Assembly (NCBI GenBank): GCA_963789265.1
Contig: CAWBKB010000001.1
Coordinates: 352,001-416,000 of the forward strand
Length of the DNA: 64,000 nt
Reading direction: 5' to 3'
From: an uncultured delta proteobacterium
GTDB taxonomy: Bacteria; Desulfobacterota; Desulfomonilia; Desulfomonilales; Desulfomonilaceae
Under the pieces are notes generated by a model. That model was not told where the DNA came from. It worked only from the letters and a program-made list of their open reading frames with translations, and searched no databases. Shown piece by piece: positions 49,975 to 60,444 of the stretch. The first letter of the stretch is position 1. Each line of letters begins with the position of its first letter. The translations under genes and the position numbers were made by a program.

Positions 49975-51660
49975 ATGGAAAATTTAGTTCGTAGAAATAA
50001 TTTGTCGGCTGTGTGCACCCGTTACTCTGTAATAATGCTATGTCTTTTGTTGTTGTGCGCCCTTACGAACATTGCTGAAGCAGCCCAAGCCGTTCATCCC
50101 CTAGCTCCACCAGACACCTCAAGTCCGAGAGCAACGCTTAGCACGTTTCTAGACGAAATGAACAAGGCCGTGGATGCATACAAGTCTGGCCACAGAGACC
50201 AGGCCAGGAGTTTCCTTGAGAGCGCTGTACGCTGCCTCAATCTCCATGGGGAACCGCCGGCCATCAGGACTGTCCTGGGGTTATATTCTTCACTATTCCT
50301 CAAGGAAACCCTCGATCGGATTGATGTTCCGCCTCTCGACGAGATTCCTGACGCCAAGACCGTTGAAACCCAAAAGCTTACCAGTTGGACCCTTCCCTAC
50401 ACAGAGATCACTATTTCGGCTGTCAAGGATGGGCCTGCTGGTGCGCAATTCCTCTTTTCACCTAAGACGGTAAAAAGATCCGAAGAATTCTACGACAAAG
50501 TCAGGAATCTGCCTTACAAACCTGGGGCACAAGGAGCTCTCTACGAGCAGTTGACTTCTTCGGCCGGGCCACTTGTTTCGAAAGAACTCATGGATCGGCT
50601 GCCGCTTTGGAGTAGGACAAAAATCTTCGGACAGACTGTATGGCAATGGACAGGATTGATTTTGTACTTCTTGGTCGGTGCGTGGGCCGCGATGCTAATA
50701 TATAGGTGTGTCCGCAAGGGGCTCGGCATTCTTGACGCGAAACTCAATTCAAATCTAGACCAATCAGTAGGCGGCCTCGTCATGCCTATCCTACTAATCC
50801 TGTTTGCGGAGACGGGGCTCTGGTTTGTCGTGTACTGTCTTCACCTTCGGGCTGCCGACATGTATTTGGCGATAGCTTTTGTATTCTTGCTGATCTCTTA
50901 TGGCGCGAGGATATGGTTCATCGGCGCTGTCCTCAATCGAGCTGCCGCAGTTGTAATTGCCCTCGGTAGATTTGAACCGGCTGGCATGCGTGCGCAACTC
51001 ATACGTTTCGGATTTGACGTGGTGACTGTCGTAATTGTAGTTGGTGCTTCCATTCGCCTGGGGGCTCGCTTGGGTCTGCCTACGTACTCTTTGGTCACAG
51101 GATTAGGCATCGGTGGGCTAGCCGTGGCCTTGGCAGGACGAGAAGCCCTGTCAAATCTACTCGGCACCATCGCCATTCTTTTGGATCAACCCTTCAGATT
51201 GGGGGATTTCGTTGTATTGGGAGAGGGAGACCGAGGAACTGTCATTGGAATAGGTCTCCGCAGCACTCGCATTGAAAGGCTGGACGGGATACTCGTATCA
51301 ATCCCCAACGCGAATATAGCAAACATGAAGATCATCAACGAGAGTGCTCCAGTGGTCGAAGCCCGGATCAGCGTGCCCGTGGGGGCGGCCTATGGATCGC
51401 CTGTGAACGAAGTTGAGCAGGCATTATTAGCTGCTTCCCAGAGGTGCGAGTACGTGTTGCCTGAACCCGCCCCATCGGTGAGGTTTGTGAGCTTTGGCGA
51501 TTCAGCGCTGGAATTTGAGTTGCTGGTATGGATCATTCAGCCGGAATTCAGAGCAAAGGCAACAGATCAGATCAACCGAGCTATCTGCGAGGAGTTCCAG
51601 AAACAGGGAATCGAGATGCCCTTCCCGCAGCGAGACGTTCACATTCGAACGGAAAAATAG
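49975..51660 (+). CDS. mscS: Small-conductance mechanosensitive channel family protein
   Basis: DTSSPRATL; GLGIGGLAVALA; PFRLGD; IGLRSTRI; PFPQRDVH. Confidence 0.88.
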   Translation: MENLVRRNNLSAVCTRYSVIMLCLLLLCALTNIAEAAQAVHPLAPPDTSSPRATLSTFLDEMNKAVDAYKSGHRDQARSFLESAVRCLNLHGEPPAIRTVLGLYSSLFLKETLDRIDVPPLDEIPDAKTVETQKLTSWTLPYTEITISAVKDGPAGAQFLFSPKTVKRSEEFYDKVRNLPYKPGAQGALYEQLTSSAGPLVSKELMDRLPLWSRTKIFGQTVWQWTGLILYFLVGAWAAMLIYRCVRKGLGILDAKLNSNLDQSVGGLVMPILLILFAETGLWFVVYCLHLRAADMYLAIAFVFLLISYGARIWFIGAVLNRAAAVVIALGRFEPAGMRAQLIRFGFDVVTVVIVVGASIRLGARLGLPTYSLVTGLGIGGLAVALAGREALSNLLGTIAILLDQPFRLGDFVVLGEGDRGTVIGIGLRSTRIERLDGILVSIPNANIANMKIINESAPVVEARISVPVGAAYGSPVNEVEQALLAASQRCEYVLPEPAPSVRFVSFGDSALEFELLVWIIQPEFRAKATDQINRAICEEFQKQGIEMPFPQRDVHIRTEK

Positions 51661-51730
51661 ATCGCAGCCAAAGAAGTTCCTAACTGGTACACTGGCTTGT
51701 TCATTCTGTTGTAAGGAAAGGAATGTTTCC

Positions 51731-52669
51731 ATGCGAAATTCAATGCTGATGATCGTGTTAATTCTAGTGGTGGCCACGGCCTCAGCCTTTGCTGCAGAGG
51801 TCAAGAAGGGCGCGGGCAAAGCACCGGCTTCGGTTCAAGCATCAAGTGCCCAAACTGCCGATGAGAAAGCTGTCCGCTCTACGGCAGCAGCATTCACATC
51901 AGCCTTCGACAAAGGCGACGCTAAGGAGATCGCCTCCCTTTGGACACCTGACTGCGAATATATCGACGAGACCGGTCGGATATTCCGAGGACGTGATGCA
52001 ATCGAGAAAGCATATGCAGCATTCTTTGCAGCAAACCCAGGTCTTAAGATCGTGACCTCTATCTCGTCAGTCAGGATCATAGCGGGTCATTCAGCCATAG
52101 AGAACGGTACGGCGGTCGTCAAGAAGGCGGACGGCGCAGTTTTGTCGCGGGGTTCTTACACTGCAATGCACCTGAAAGAACAAGGCAAATGGCTCATGGT
52201 CAGCGTTCGGGAGCATGCTTCCCCGACGCTGTCCAAGCGTCCAACTTTTCAAGATCTCGCGTGGTTGATTGGAGATTGGAGTGCGACAAAGGACTCGAAT
52301 ACTCTGGACTTCAGTATCAAATGGATCTCGGAAAAGAAGTTTATCGAACTCACCTACAGTGTTCGGGACAAGGGTGCTCTGGTGAGGTCAGGTATTCAGG
52401 TCATCGGCCGCGACCCATCGTCAGGCAACGTAATCTCCTGGAGCTTTGATTCCACCGGAGGCTATGGCCGGGGGCAATGGAGAATCCTGAAAAAAGGGTT
52501 CATAATCGAATCTCGGGGCATGATGCCGGATGGCGCACTAACCGCATCGAGCGACATTGTTTCGAGAATTAATGGGGACAGTTTTTCCTGGCAATCCGTC
52601 GATCGAACCGTAGCGGGGCAAACCTTGAGTGATGAAGAACCCGTGGTACTGAAACGCAAACACCGGTAA
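51731..52669 (+). CDS. Exported SnoaL/NTF2-like (SgcJ/EcaC, DUF4440) protein
   Basis: Signal peptide; AFDKGDAKEIASLW; GRDAIEKAY; LAWLIGDW. Confidence 0.7.
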   Translation: MRNSMLMIVLILVVATASAFAAEVKKGAGKAPASVQASSAQTADEKAVRSTAAAFTSAFDKGDAKEIASLWTPDCEYIDETGRIFRGRDAIEKAYAAFFAANPGLKIVTSISSVRIIAGHSAIENGTAVVKKADGAVLSRGSYTAMHLKEQGKWLMVSVREHASPTLSKRPTFQDLAWLIGDWSATKDSNTLDFSIKWISEKKFIELTYSVRDKGALVRSGIQVIGRDPSSGNVISWSFDSTGGYGRGQWRILKKGFIIESRGMMPDGALTASSDIVSRINGDSFSWQSVDRTVAGQTLSDEEPVVLKRKHR

Positions 52670-52751
52670 GAAAAGATTCTCAATTTTGTCAAAACACTTT
52701 CATCACAAGTTTATGAGGTTCGCACAAGAGAACTTCAACACGAGGTCGAAA

Positions 52752-53918
52752 ATGAACAAGCTAATAGGATTACTGCTGGCGGCGTTACTGGTTACGGCCC
52801 TTCCCCTGGGGGACGCTCTGGGCCGAGGTTTCGGCGGATTCAGAGGCGGCGGATTTGGCGGGGGTGGATTTGACCGAGGTCGTGTTGGAGGCTTCGGGGG
52901 AGGTGGGTTTGATCGTGGGGGTTTTGGTGACCGAGACTTCGGGGGCTTCCGCAGCAACGAGGGCGGATTTAGGTCCGAGCGGGCTGAAACGTTTCGTTCA
53001 GAAAGAGAACGAAAACCTTCGCGCGAAACGTCCAGACCTGCGGCCGGGTACGGTGAAGGCAAATTCCGGGGGTCTGCCGGGGTATCTAGGACTCAGTTAG
53101 ACAAGTTTCTAGGCTTCCCCACCGACGCGGGGGTTGGTCATGTTGCTTCGGCGCACGCTGGCTTTAAAGGAACGCGCGTGACTGCAGGTCGTGTGCAAGG
53201 CCCCAGGGGTGGATCTGCGGCCTTTGTCTCTGGAACACACGTCCGTTACATCCCCCCTGACGTGCGTAGTGCGCGGGGATTGGCAGTGCGACATGCATTT
53301 TACGGACACAACCTGTTCCATCCGGCATGGTTCAGGGCACATCGTGCGGCATGGACCACTGCGGCACTTACTGCGTCTGCTTGGGCTGCTGCAAGCTGGA
53401 GCAGCGCCTCAGACTGGTTGGACTGCGATTCGGAGCCCGAGGACTACGATTACGGCAGCACAGTCCTGTACCAGGGCGGTAATGTGTACGTGGAAGGACA
53501 GCGAGTTGGAACTGACGCGCAGTACTACGATCAGGCAAGTTCGCTTGCAGCTTCCGGCGATGCCAAGGGGCACGATCAAGCCGACTGGTTGCCCCTTGGA
53601 GTATTCGGGATGGTACAGGGCCAGCAGACTGACCCCACCATGATTTTTCAGTTGGCGGTCAACCATAAGGGAATTATACGAGGCAACTTCTACAACACTA
53701 TCACAGATACCACGCTGCCTATTCACGGGGCAGTGGACAAAAAGACCCAACGAGCCGCGTGGACAATGGGGGACAACAAGAGCACAGTGATTGATACCGG
53801 CCTGGCAAACCTCACAAAGGACGAAGGTACAGCTCTCATGCACTTGGGAAAAGATCGAACCCAAGAGTGGCTGCTGGTCAGATTGAAAGGTAAGGCTGAG
53901 AAAAAGAACGATTCGTAA
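52752..53918 (+). CDS. Exported hypothetical protein with GGF/RGG low-complexity N-terminus
   Basis: Signal peptide; GGF repeats; YDYG; WLPLGVF; QLAVN..GIIRG; WLLVRL. Confidence 0.7.
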   Translation: MNKLIGLLLAALLVTALPLGDALGRGFGGFRGGGFGGGGFDRGRVGGFGGGGFDRGGFGDRDFGGFRSNEGGFRSERAETFRSERERKPSRETSRPAAGYGEGKFRGSAGVSRTQLDKFLGFPTDAGVGHVASAHAGFKGTRVTAGRVQGPRGGSAAFVSGTHVRYIPPDVRSARGLAVRHAFYGHNLFHPAWFRAHRAAWTTAALTASAWAAASWSSASDWLDCDSEPEDYDYGSTVLYQGGNVYVEGQRVGTDAQYYDQASSLAASGDAKGHDQADWLPLGVFGMVQGQQTDPTMIFQLAVNHKGIIRGNFYNTITDTTLPIHGAVDKKTQRAAWTMGDNKSTVIDTGLANLTKDEGTALMHLGKDRTQEWLLVRLKGKAEKKNDS

Positions 53919-54349
53919 ATAACACCCATTCACATGATGGTTCAGCCGACCAAGTTAACCGTCCATTTTCGCGTTTTATCTTCCTGCGGAATGGGGAGCC
54001 ACTGGATCGTCCGCGTTAAGGGGAACATACGGCGTTACTACGGGCTCCCCTGTACTGGCCGGATTTCCTCAACGTTTCCTTCAACATCTGGTCTACCGGA
54101 TACGCTTATGACGGGAGTAAAGAGGAGGTTCGTACTGTTGCTCGGCAACATTCCATTCCACAGCAATTGAAACCCTTCCTCGGCAGCTTTTTTCACCCCT
54201 TGCCCGAGTAACGTATTCCCTTCAAGGTTTACCTCGCACCCATTTTTCGAGTCTCTATAAACCAAGCCAAGGTAAGACAATCGGCTCGCTTCCCGAGTTG
54301 TTACAGCAATTTGCCGCGCCTCTTGAAATAAAATAGCCTGTCTTTTTAA

Positions 54350-54379
54350 TTGACTAATATATTTACTTCATGCTATACT
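54350..54379 (+). promoter_or_regulatory. Putative sigma70 promoter (extended -10)
   Basis: TTGACT-18 bp-TATACT, with TG one base before the -10 box. Confidence 0.5.
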
Positions 54380-54462
54380 TAACCATAAGACTTTAGCAAT
54401 TTTCCTAGCATGCGAAGTTTGCGGGACTTTTGGGTGAGAACTTCCAAGGAGTAGAGGTCATC

Positions 54463-55530
54463 ATGTCCAAAATATCTGTGAGCGCCGTGATTAGTGCCAT
54501 TTTGTCTGTTGGGCTGCTCGTAGCAGTAGCTTCAGCCCAGATGAGCCCCTGGGGAGCCTCAGGAGGCTATTCAGCCTACCCGGGCATTGCGCCGCCACAT
54601 CCTCCGGTGAAATGCCGGCCACCAGCTCCGCCAACCTGTTTTCAAAATCCGAACCCAGGTTGTGCCCCGTTCCCGGGTTTCAATCCCTGCCCTTGCCCTC
54701 CGCAGCAGTGTACGCCTGAGCCGTTCATGGAGCCTTCCGTGTACGTAGGGTACCTCTATAAGGATCATGGGGCTGGGGTTAATATTCAGTTCAACAACGG
54801 GGATGTCGTTGGGATAACATCAACGAGAAATGACTTCACCTTGCAGGGTGTTTGGTTGGAACTCACGGCGCCGGTCCGTCTCTGTCAAAATGCTGGGTTA
54901 TTTTTTGCCTTGTCGCATCTGTTTCCAGTGCAGTCCGATGCTTTGGAATCGTATGGGCAAGTGGGTGGTGCTGCAAAACGAGAGTGGAATCCTGATATCC
55001 AATGGTGGGAACTGGACGCAGCCCTCAGTTATCGCCTGTCCCAAGGTGCATTCGGATTGGCTGGTTTCCGATGGTCCTCTTTCGTGGTGGACTTCGGTCA
55101 AGCCACGAATCAGCAGGGCTTTTCTACCTCACCGGATCAGGCCCAGCTTTCGGTAAACGCTTATATCCCTTACTTGGGTCTCGAATTGCAGGCTAACCCT
55201 GACTGCAATAGCAGTTTCAAGGCTACATTCCTGGGGTTCCCGGCTCTTCCCAGCGATGTCGAGTTCCAGGAGACTCTGACCCCGACAGGCCAGGTGTCGA
55301 CAAGATTCTCCGGCACAACAGACTACAAGTCAGGGTACTTTCTCGAGGGTTTGGTAGAATCCTCCGTGAAGATGGCTGCTTGCAGCCTGGGAGCATTTGT
55401 GAGGTTCGACGCTATTCATACTGATCGCACCCGTGATTTCACCGCTCCAGACGGAAGCAGCAGATCGGCTGATATCCAGTTTGACAGAAGAAATTGGATA
55501 TTTGGTGGAAAATTAGGCTTTGTTTTCTGA
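54463..55530 (+). CDS. Putative outer-membrane beta-barrel protein with Pro/Cys-rich N-terminus
   Basis: Signal peptide; PSVYVGY; ends GGKLGFVF; architecture similar to 27991-29010. Confidence 0.6.
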   Translation: MSKISVSAVISAILSVGLLVAVASAQMSPWGASGGYSAYPGIAPPHPPVKCRPPAPPTCFQNPNPGCAPFPGFNPCPCPPQQCTPEPFMEPSVYVGYLYKDHGAGVNIQFNNGDVVGITSTRNDFTLQGVWLELTAPVRLCQNAGLFFALSHLFPVQSDALESYGQVGGAAKREWNPDIQWWELDAALSYRLSQGAFGLAGFRWSSFVVDFGQATNQQGFSTSPDQAQLSVNAYIPYLGLELQANPDCNSSFKATFLGFPALPSDVEFQETLTPTGQVSTRFSGTTDYKSGYFLEGLVESSVKMAACSLGAFVRFDAIHTDRTRDFTAPDGSSRSADIQFDRRNWIFGGKLGFVF

Positions 55531-56013
55531 TAGCGGTTTCAGTCAAGAAGTCAAAAATAGATTACAAGACCTTTTAATGGGTGACCCCGGATTTGCGGAT
55601 TTTTCTCCTAGGACCGGCTTAGATTTATACAAAAGGGGACATAGCTCTTTTGCCGGGAATAACGACACAGTAGGTGAGAAATCAAGACCTGCCGCGGTCC
55701 GCAAAAGAAAAGCGGGAAGTACGAAGAAGTAGCCGCGCGGATTTCAAATTACAAGACCTGATCACAGATTTTCCATACGATTGCTACGCTGTATGACGTG
55801 ATGAGGCATTGCCGGCGCGACCACTCGTGCTACTTGACCCATGGGAGTGTCTTAGAGAATTAGATTCGTTTGCCAACAATTAAGTATGGGGGCCCGGAAT
55901 TATTCCGGAATTACTCGACAGGGGGCCATTTGATGGGTGACCCCTATGCTTGAATAGGCCCAAGGAATGTCTTACAGTACAACATAGATTAATTGGTATT
56001 CCAGGTGGGGATC

Positions 56014-56252
56014 GTGAATGTTAAACGTGTTGGGTTTTATGTCTAGCGTCGGTTTTCTTGCTGATAACGGCGCTCGTATTGGCAACGAACGATAGTTGGG
56101 TAGTTATCAAGGACAAGAATGGGATTTGCAAGTTTATTGAGGCGCAAAAAAAAGATACCCAAGACTATCGCAGGGCGGTTCAAAAACAAAGAAGAGGCAG
56201 AAAAAGCAAAAGTCAAGGAATGTGCAGGGAGGGGTCCACCTCAGCTCTTTAA
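56014..56252 (+). pseudogene. Degraded small secreted protein
   Basis: Signal-like segment, WVVIKDKNGICK and PKTIAG..KEEAEKAK..EC in shifting frames. Confidence 0.4.
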
Positions 56253-56320
56253 CAGTATAGGTGGGGTATCCATGAAGCAGAGGTAGCGACAAGGTGGCAA
56301 TAATAAGCAGGGAGGCAAAA

Positions 56321-56740
56321 ATGGAAGACTTTATTCAACTTGCAACGGAAAAGCTGGGTGTTAGCGACGAATCAGTTAAGTCGGCGATGGGGGCCATTCT
56401 GGGCCTGGTGCAAAAGAACGCGGACGGAGAAGATTTTCAGCAACTCTTAGATAAGCTTCCCGGCGTTGAAGGGCTGCTGGACAATTCCGGCCAAGTGTCA
56501 CCCGAACAAGGCGGTGGAGGCTTGCTGTCAGGTCTGATGCGTGGCGTGGGGGCTATGATCGGCGGGAAAGCTGGGGACGCGCTGGAAGCCGCCTCAGCGC
56601 TGAAGGAATCCGGAATAGGGCTTGATAATCTGGGAAGTCTGGTGACAATGTTCACCGAATTTGCGAAGGAGAGGGCGGGATCGGAACTCGTAGACAAGAT
56701 TCTTGCCGATGTGCCGGGGCTGCCGGGTCTAAAAGAGTAG
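56321..56740 (+). CDS. DUF2780-like protein
   Basis: GGAGG RBS; KLGVS..AMGAILGL; Gly-rich helical pattern. Confidence 0.6.
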   Translation: MEDFIQLATEKLGVSDESVKSAMGAILGLVQKNADGEDFQQLLDKLPGVEGLLDNSGQVSPEQGGGGLLSGLMRGVGAMIGGKAGDALEAASALKESGIGLDNLGSLVTMFTEFAKERAGSELVDKILADVPGLPGLKE

Positions 56741-56752
56741 CTTGCGAGGCCC

Positions 56753-56915
56753 GGAATTCCGTGTACACCATACTCATTTCCCTTGCCGCGTGTGGCGATG
56801 AGATCGTCTACTGGTCTGTCGACGATGTTCGTGGTCCGAGTCACCCCGGTTTCGGTAGGAGCTTCCAACGACCAATGATGACACTGAGAATTAAGTATGG
56901 TGTCCCCAGAACTCC
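56753..56915. mobile_element. MITE/REPIN-like element with about 29-bp imperfect terminal inverted repeats
   Basis: ggaattccgtgtacaccatactcatttcc (56753-56781) and gagaattaagtatggtgtccccagaactcc (56886-56915); no convincing internal gene. Confidence 0.55.
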
Positions 56916-57417
56916 CGAGTCCAAGTCCGAACCGGAGAAACCTGTGACGGATTCCCCGTACACGGCTTCCCGAGCCTCATGACCGACCAGGGGACGTTGA
57001 CCAAGAACCGCATTCACATCAAAAACACCGGTGCAACGTTCGATTTGTATGCCACCCCGACGCCGGTGCAAAGCGGGGCTTTTGAACTCCTGGGCGTTTC
57101 ATCAGGATCGTAGCCACTAACTACCTCGCATCTCTCGACTCAAATCAATCATAAACAAACTCTTACGTAAATCACCTTTTCGAACTTCCGTTTAAACTGC
57201 TGCAAATATCGCCCGGATCATGAACCGGGCATGATGTGTCGTTTCTCAGCATTCCTGTAAAGACTGTTCTCGATATCTGGAAACAACGTTAGCAGGTAGA
57301 CTCGCCCTTTAAGCGACTCAAGCTGCACCTACTCCTCTTTTGCTCATCTTCAGTCAATCTGGTGAAGAGCCACACAGGGGCCGTAAAGATACCTTATCGT
57401 GACTACCGCCGGGAAAG

Positions 57418-58389
57418 TCACCCTTCAAAGATTTTCTTTGGGTTTTCAACCATTATTGTGCGAATCTGCTCATCGGTCACTCCCGACTCCTTGAGCTCGG
57501 GTATGATATTTTTGAAAACATGTGTCGGATACCAATTTCCAACTATTTCTTTGGGCAATATTACATCGCCACCAAGCCAGTTGAGCACCACATCGTGTGA
57601 AAACATCAACTGGCTCGCATATCCCATAGAGATTAGTCCTACGATGCAACCCTTCCTGAAATTATCCGGGCCTGCCGACCACAACTCAGCGTCGAGACCG
57701 AGTCGATCAAAGGCCAGATTTACACCCTTATCAAGAATCCTGGCATGGTACTTTAGATCGGCAGATCCCCCTGCATGACCAATCGCGATTTGCTTTGGGT
57801 TGGCACCCTCGGATACAAGTATATCAACTTGTTCAGGGCCCATGGTTCCCGCCTCTGTATGAGTTATGATCGGAATTCCCGTTCTCTTTTGTGCTCTTCC
57901 TGCCGCCTGAAGGGCCATCTGTTCATAATCTGTGATGGCATTCAACCCTGTGGCCACTTTAATAACACCTGCCTTTATTCCGGTATCTCCTATACCTAGC
58001 TCAATTTCTTTGGCGAACAACTCGGTCAACATTTCAACCCCATTCGTAAACAGACCTTGGAACTTGAAATAAGGGGAACCACCTTGACCTTCAGTATAAA
58101 GCCCTGTCGAGCACACAATATTCACGCCGGATTTTTGAGACACTTCGCTGTAAAACTTCGGATCTCGTCCAGAATCAGATGGTGTCGCATCAACATAGGT
58201 CTTTACGCCACACGCTTTTATGTCGTCCATAGCTTTTAGAGCGATTGCAAGAGCCTTTTCTTTGTCTTGTGGCTTGCTTGTGTGCGCATACCAACCGGCG
58301 TATCCAAATTGTAGATGTTCATGCATCAGTGTTATTCCCATTTCATCTGACGAAACAGGACCACACACGGTGTTAATCATCTTAGTCAT
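57418..58389 (-). CDS. Phosphotriesterase-family (PTE/PLL) metallohydrolase
   Basis: TLMHEH; GVIKVA; ITH; IGH; SHD. Confidence 0.88.
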   Translation of the reverse strand: MTKMINTVCGPVSSDEMGITLMHEHLQFGYAGWYAHTSKPQDKEKALAIALKAMDDIKACGVKTYVDATPSDSGRDPKFYSEVSQKSGVNIVCSTGLYTEGQGGSPYFKFQGLFTNGVEMLTELFAKEIELGIGDTGIKAGVIKVATGLNAITDYEQMALQAAGRAQKRTGIPIITHTEAGTMGPEQVDILVSEGANPKQIAIGHAGGSADLKYHARILDKGVNLAFDRLGLDAELWSAGPDNFRKGCIVGLISMGYASQLMFSHDVVLNWLGGDVILPKEIVGNWYPTHVFKNIIPELKESGVTDEQIRTIMVENPKKIFEG

Positions 58390-58500
58390 TTCCTTTCTCC
58401 TTTTTTCGATAACGATCGAAGATTGGCATTTCGGGAATATTGCATCCCAAAATGATGCTCAATAGCTACGCTGAACAATCTGCAATAAAGATTACTTTGC

Positions 58501-60420
58501 TTATGCTTGCATCCCCGCAAGATAGCCTGTTTCCAGGGCTTCCATGACTTTTCCCACTTTAGCGGCATCACCTACAGTGATCACTGTATAAGGCTTGCCA
58601 TCAAGCTCTTTTTTAAGATCGTTATTGGGCTTGCTACCCGAAGCCACAACAACTGTTTCGGAACTTATTGTCTCAGTTACACTGTCCTTAACTACAACCA
58701 CTCCGTCCACCATCACATCCTTAACTGTAGTATTCACAAGGACTCGTACCTTATTTTTCTCTAAGTCCTGTAACAAAGCCATTCTGTTTATGTTTGGCAC
58801 CTCCGTTGCGATCTCGGACATCATTTCAACCAACGTGACTACCTTACCGTGGTTTGCCAGATGGTTGGCCGTCTCAGCGCCGACCATGCCTCCTCCAATT
58901 ACGACAACCTTAGCGCTAACCGCAACTTTTCCGGCAAGTACTGTATAAGCATGAACAACGTTAGGCTTGTCAACACCCGAGATTTCAGGCAAGACCGGTC
59001 TGCCGCCAGTTGCTAGAATTACGACATCAGGTTTTTCGGAATCAATTAGTTCAGGTGTAACTTCGGCGTTCAGAGTAACATTGACTTTCATCTTGTCTAA
59101 TTGGCCAATTTGCCAGCCGACGAAGTTGCCAATCTCTCCCTTGTTGGGTGGTACGCTGGCCAGGTAAAATAGTCCGCCTAAATGGCCTTCCTTTTCATAC
59201 AAGCTTACTTTGTGACCTGCTTTCGCAGCGGTGATGGCAGCCTCCATTCCAGCAGGGCCGCCCCCTATGACCAAAAGTTTTTTCTTGACGGCCGCCGGTT
59301 TTATAGCTAATTCAGCCTCTTTGCCAAGTGTTGGATTCAAAACACATTTGATCGGTTGATCGGTAAATAGTATACCAATGCACCCCTCGTTACAGGCGAT
59401 GCAAGGGCGAATTTCGTCAAATTCGCCCGCCGCAGCCTTCTTAGGGAACTCCGGATCGGCCAGCGATGCCCTACCCATAGCAACAAAATCAGCCTTGCGA
59501 CCCGCAATAATGGAATCTGCCACGAAAGGATCATTAATTCGGCCAACAGTAATAACCGGCATACTGATGACCTTCTTTACTTCCTCCGCATAACCAGCGA
59601 GCCAGCCATGGGGAGTGGACGAAGCGGGTACAATTTTGTCTGCGCTGGCATAAACACCGCAGGAGACATGCAAGACATCGATCCTCGCTCGTTCCAATAA
59701 AATGGCTATCGCTTTCGTATCCTCTATAGATCTACCGCCGGGAACGAATTCGTCGCAAGAAATGCGGAAACCCAACCCGAAATCGTTACGAGTTTTAGCC
59801 CTGATGTTTGCTACAACCTCGAGCGGGAACCTCATTCTATTCAAAAGATGCCCACCATACTTGTCGGTTCTCTTGTTTGAGTATGGAGACATAAATTCTG
59901 CAATGAGATATCCGTGGGCTCCATGTATTTCAACACCATCAAATCCAGCTTTTTGTGCTCTTAGAGCGCAATCGCCAAATTTTTCCACCATCCTTTCGAT
60001 GTCGTCAATCGTCAGTTCGTCCGGCAATTCTTGCATTGCCGGGCATGGAATCGGGGAAGGAGCCAGCGGTGGGCACATGGTAATCAGATGGCTCGTCTGT
60101 CTCCCGCAATGATATATTTGTGCGAATATTTTGCTTGCGTACTGATGGACTCTTTTCGTCAACTCTGAATGACCTGCAATCTGGCTATCATTCCACAGCC
60201 CCGCGACACAAGAGAAGCCTTTGCCCGTGGGGTCTATCGCATAATCTTCAGTGATGATCAGCCCCCAGCCGCCTTTTGCTTTGGCTTCATGGTATGCTAT
60301 GTACCTTTCTGTAGCCGTGCCATCCTGGTTGCAGTAATCCGTTACCATTGGGCTTACAACCAGTCTGTTAGGAATTTCCACCTTTCCAATCTTCATGGGA
60401 CTGAACAGTTTTTTAAACAT
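58501..60420 (-). CDS. NADH:flavin oxidoreductase (OYE TIM barrel + Fe-S + FAD; 2,4-dienoyl-CoA reductase/BaiCD-like)
   Basis: HGAHGYL; CIACNEGC..C; GGGPAG; GGGMVG. Confidence 0.9.
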   Translation of the reverse strand: MFKKLFSPMKIGKVEIPNRLVVSPMVTDYCNQDGTATERYIAYHEAKAKGGWGLIITEDYAIDPTGKGFSCVAGLWNDSQIAGHSELTKRVHQYASKIFAQIYHCGRQTSHLITMCPPLAPSPIPCPAMQELPDELTIDDIERMVEKFGDCALRAQKAGFDGVEIHGAHGYLIAEFMSPYSNKRTDKYGGHLLNRMRFPLEVVANIRAKTRNDFGLGFRISCDEFVPGGRSIEDTKAIAILLERARIDVLHVSCGVYASADKIVPASSTPHGWLAGYAEEVKKVISMPVITVGRINDPFVADSIIAGRKADFVAMGRASLADPEFPKKAAAGEFDEIRPCIACNEGCIGILFTDQPIKCVLNPTLGKEAELAIKPAAVKKKLLVIGGGPAGMEAAITAAKAGHKVSLYEKEGHLGGLFYLASVPPNKGEIGNFVGWQIGQLDKMKVNVTLNAEVTPELIDSEKPDVVILATGGRPVLPEISGVDKPNVVHAYTVLAGKVAVSAKVVVIGGGMVGAETANHLANHGKVVTLVEMMSEIATEVPNINRMALLQDLEKNKVRVLVNTTVKDVMVDGVVVVKDSVTETISSETVVVASGSKPNNDLKKELDGKPYTVITVGDAAKVGKVMEALETGYLAGMQA

Positions 60421-60444
60421 CGGCCATTCCTCCTTAGATAGGGA

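Noticed and set aside
52820..52960. Tandem repeat or CRISPR-like array
   Set aside because: In-frame Gly/Phe/Arg low-complexity coding sequence; no constant repeat-spacer structure here or elsewhere in the window
53934..54280. Short ORFs between 53918 and 54463
   Set aside because: No RBS or recognisable homology; possibly a decayed gene, but unsupported
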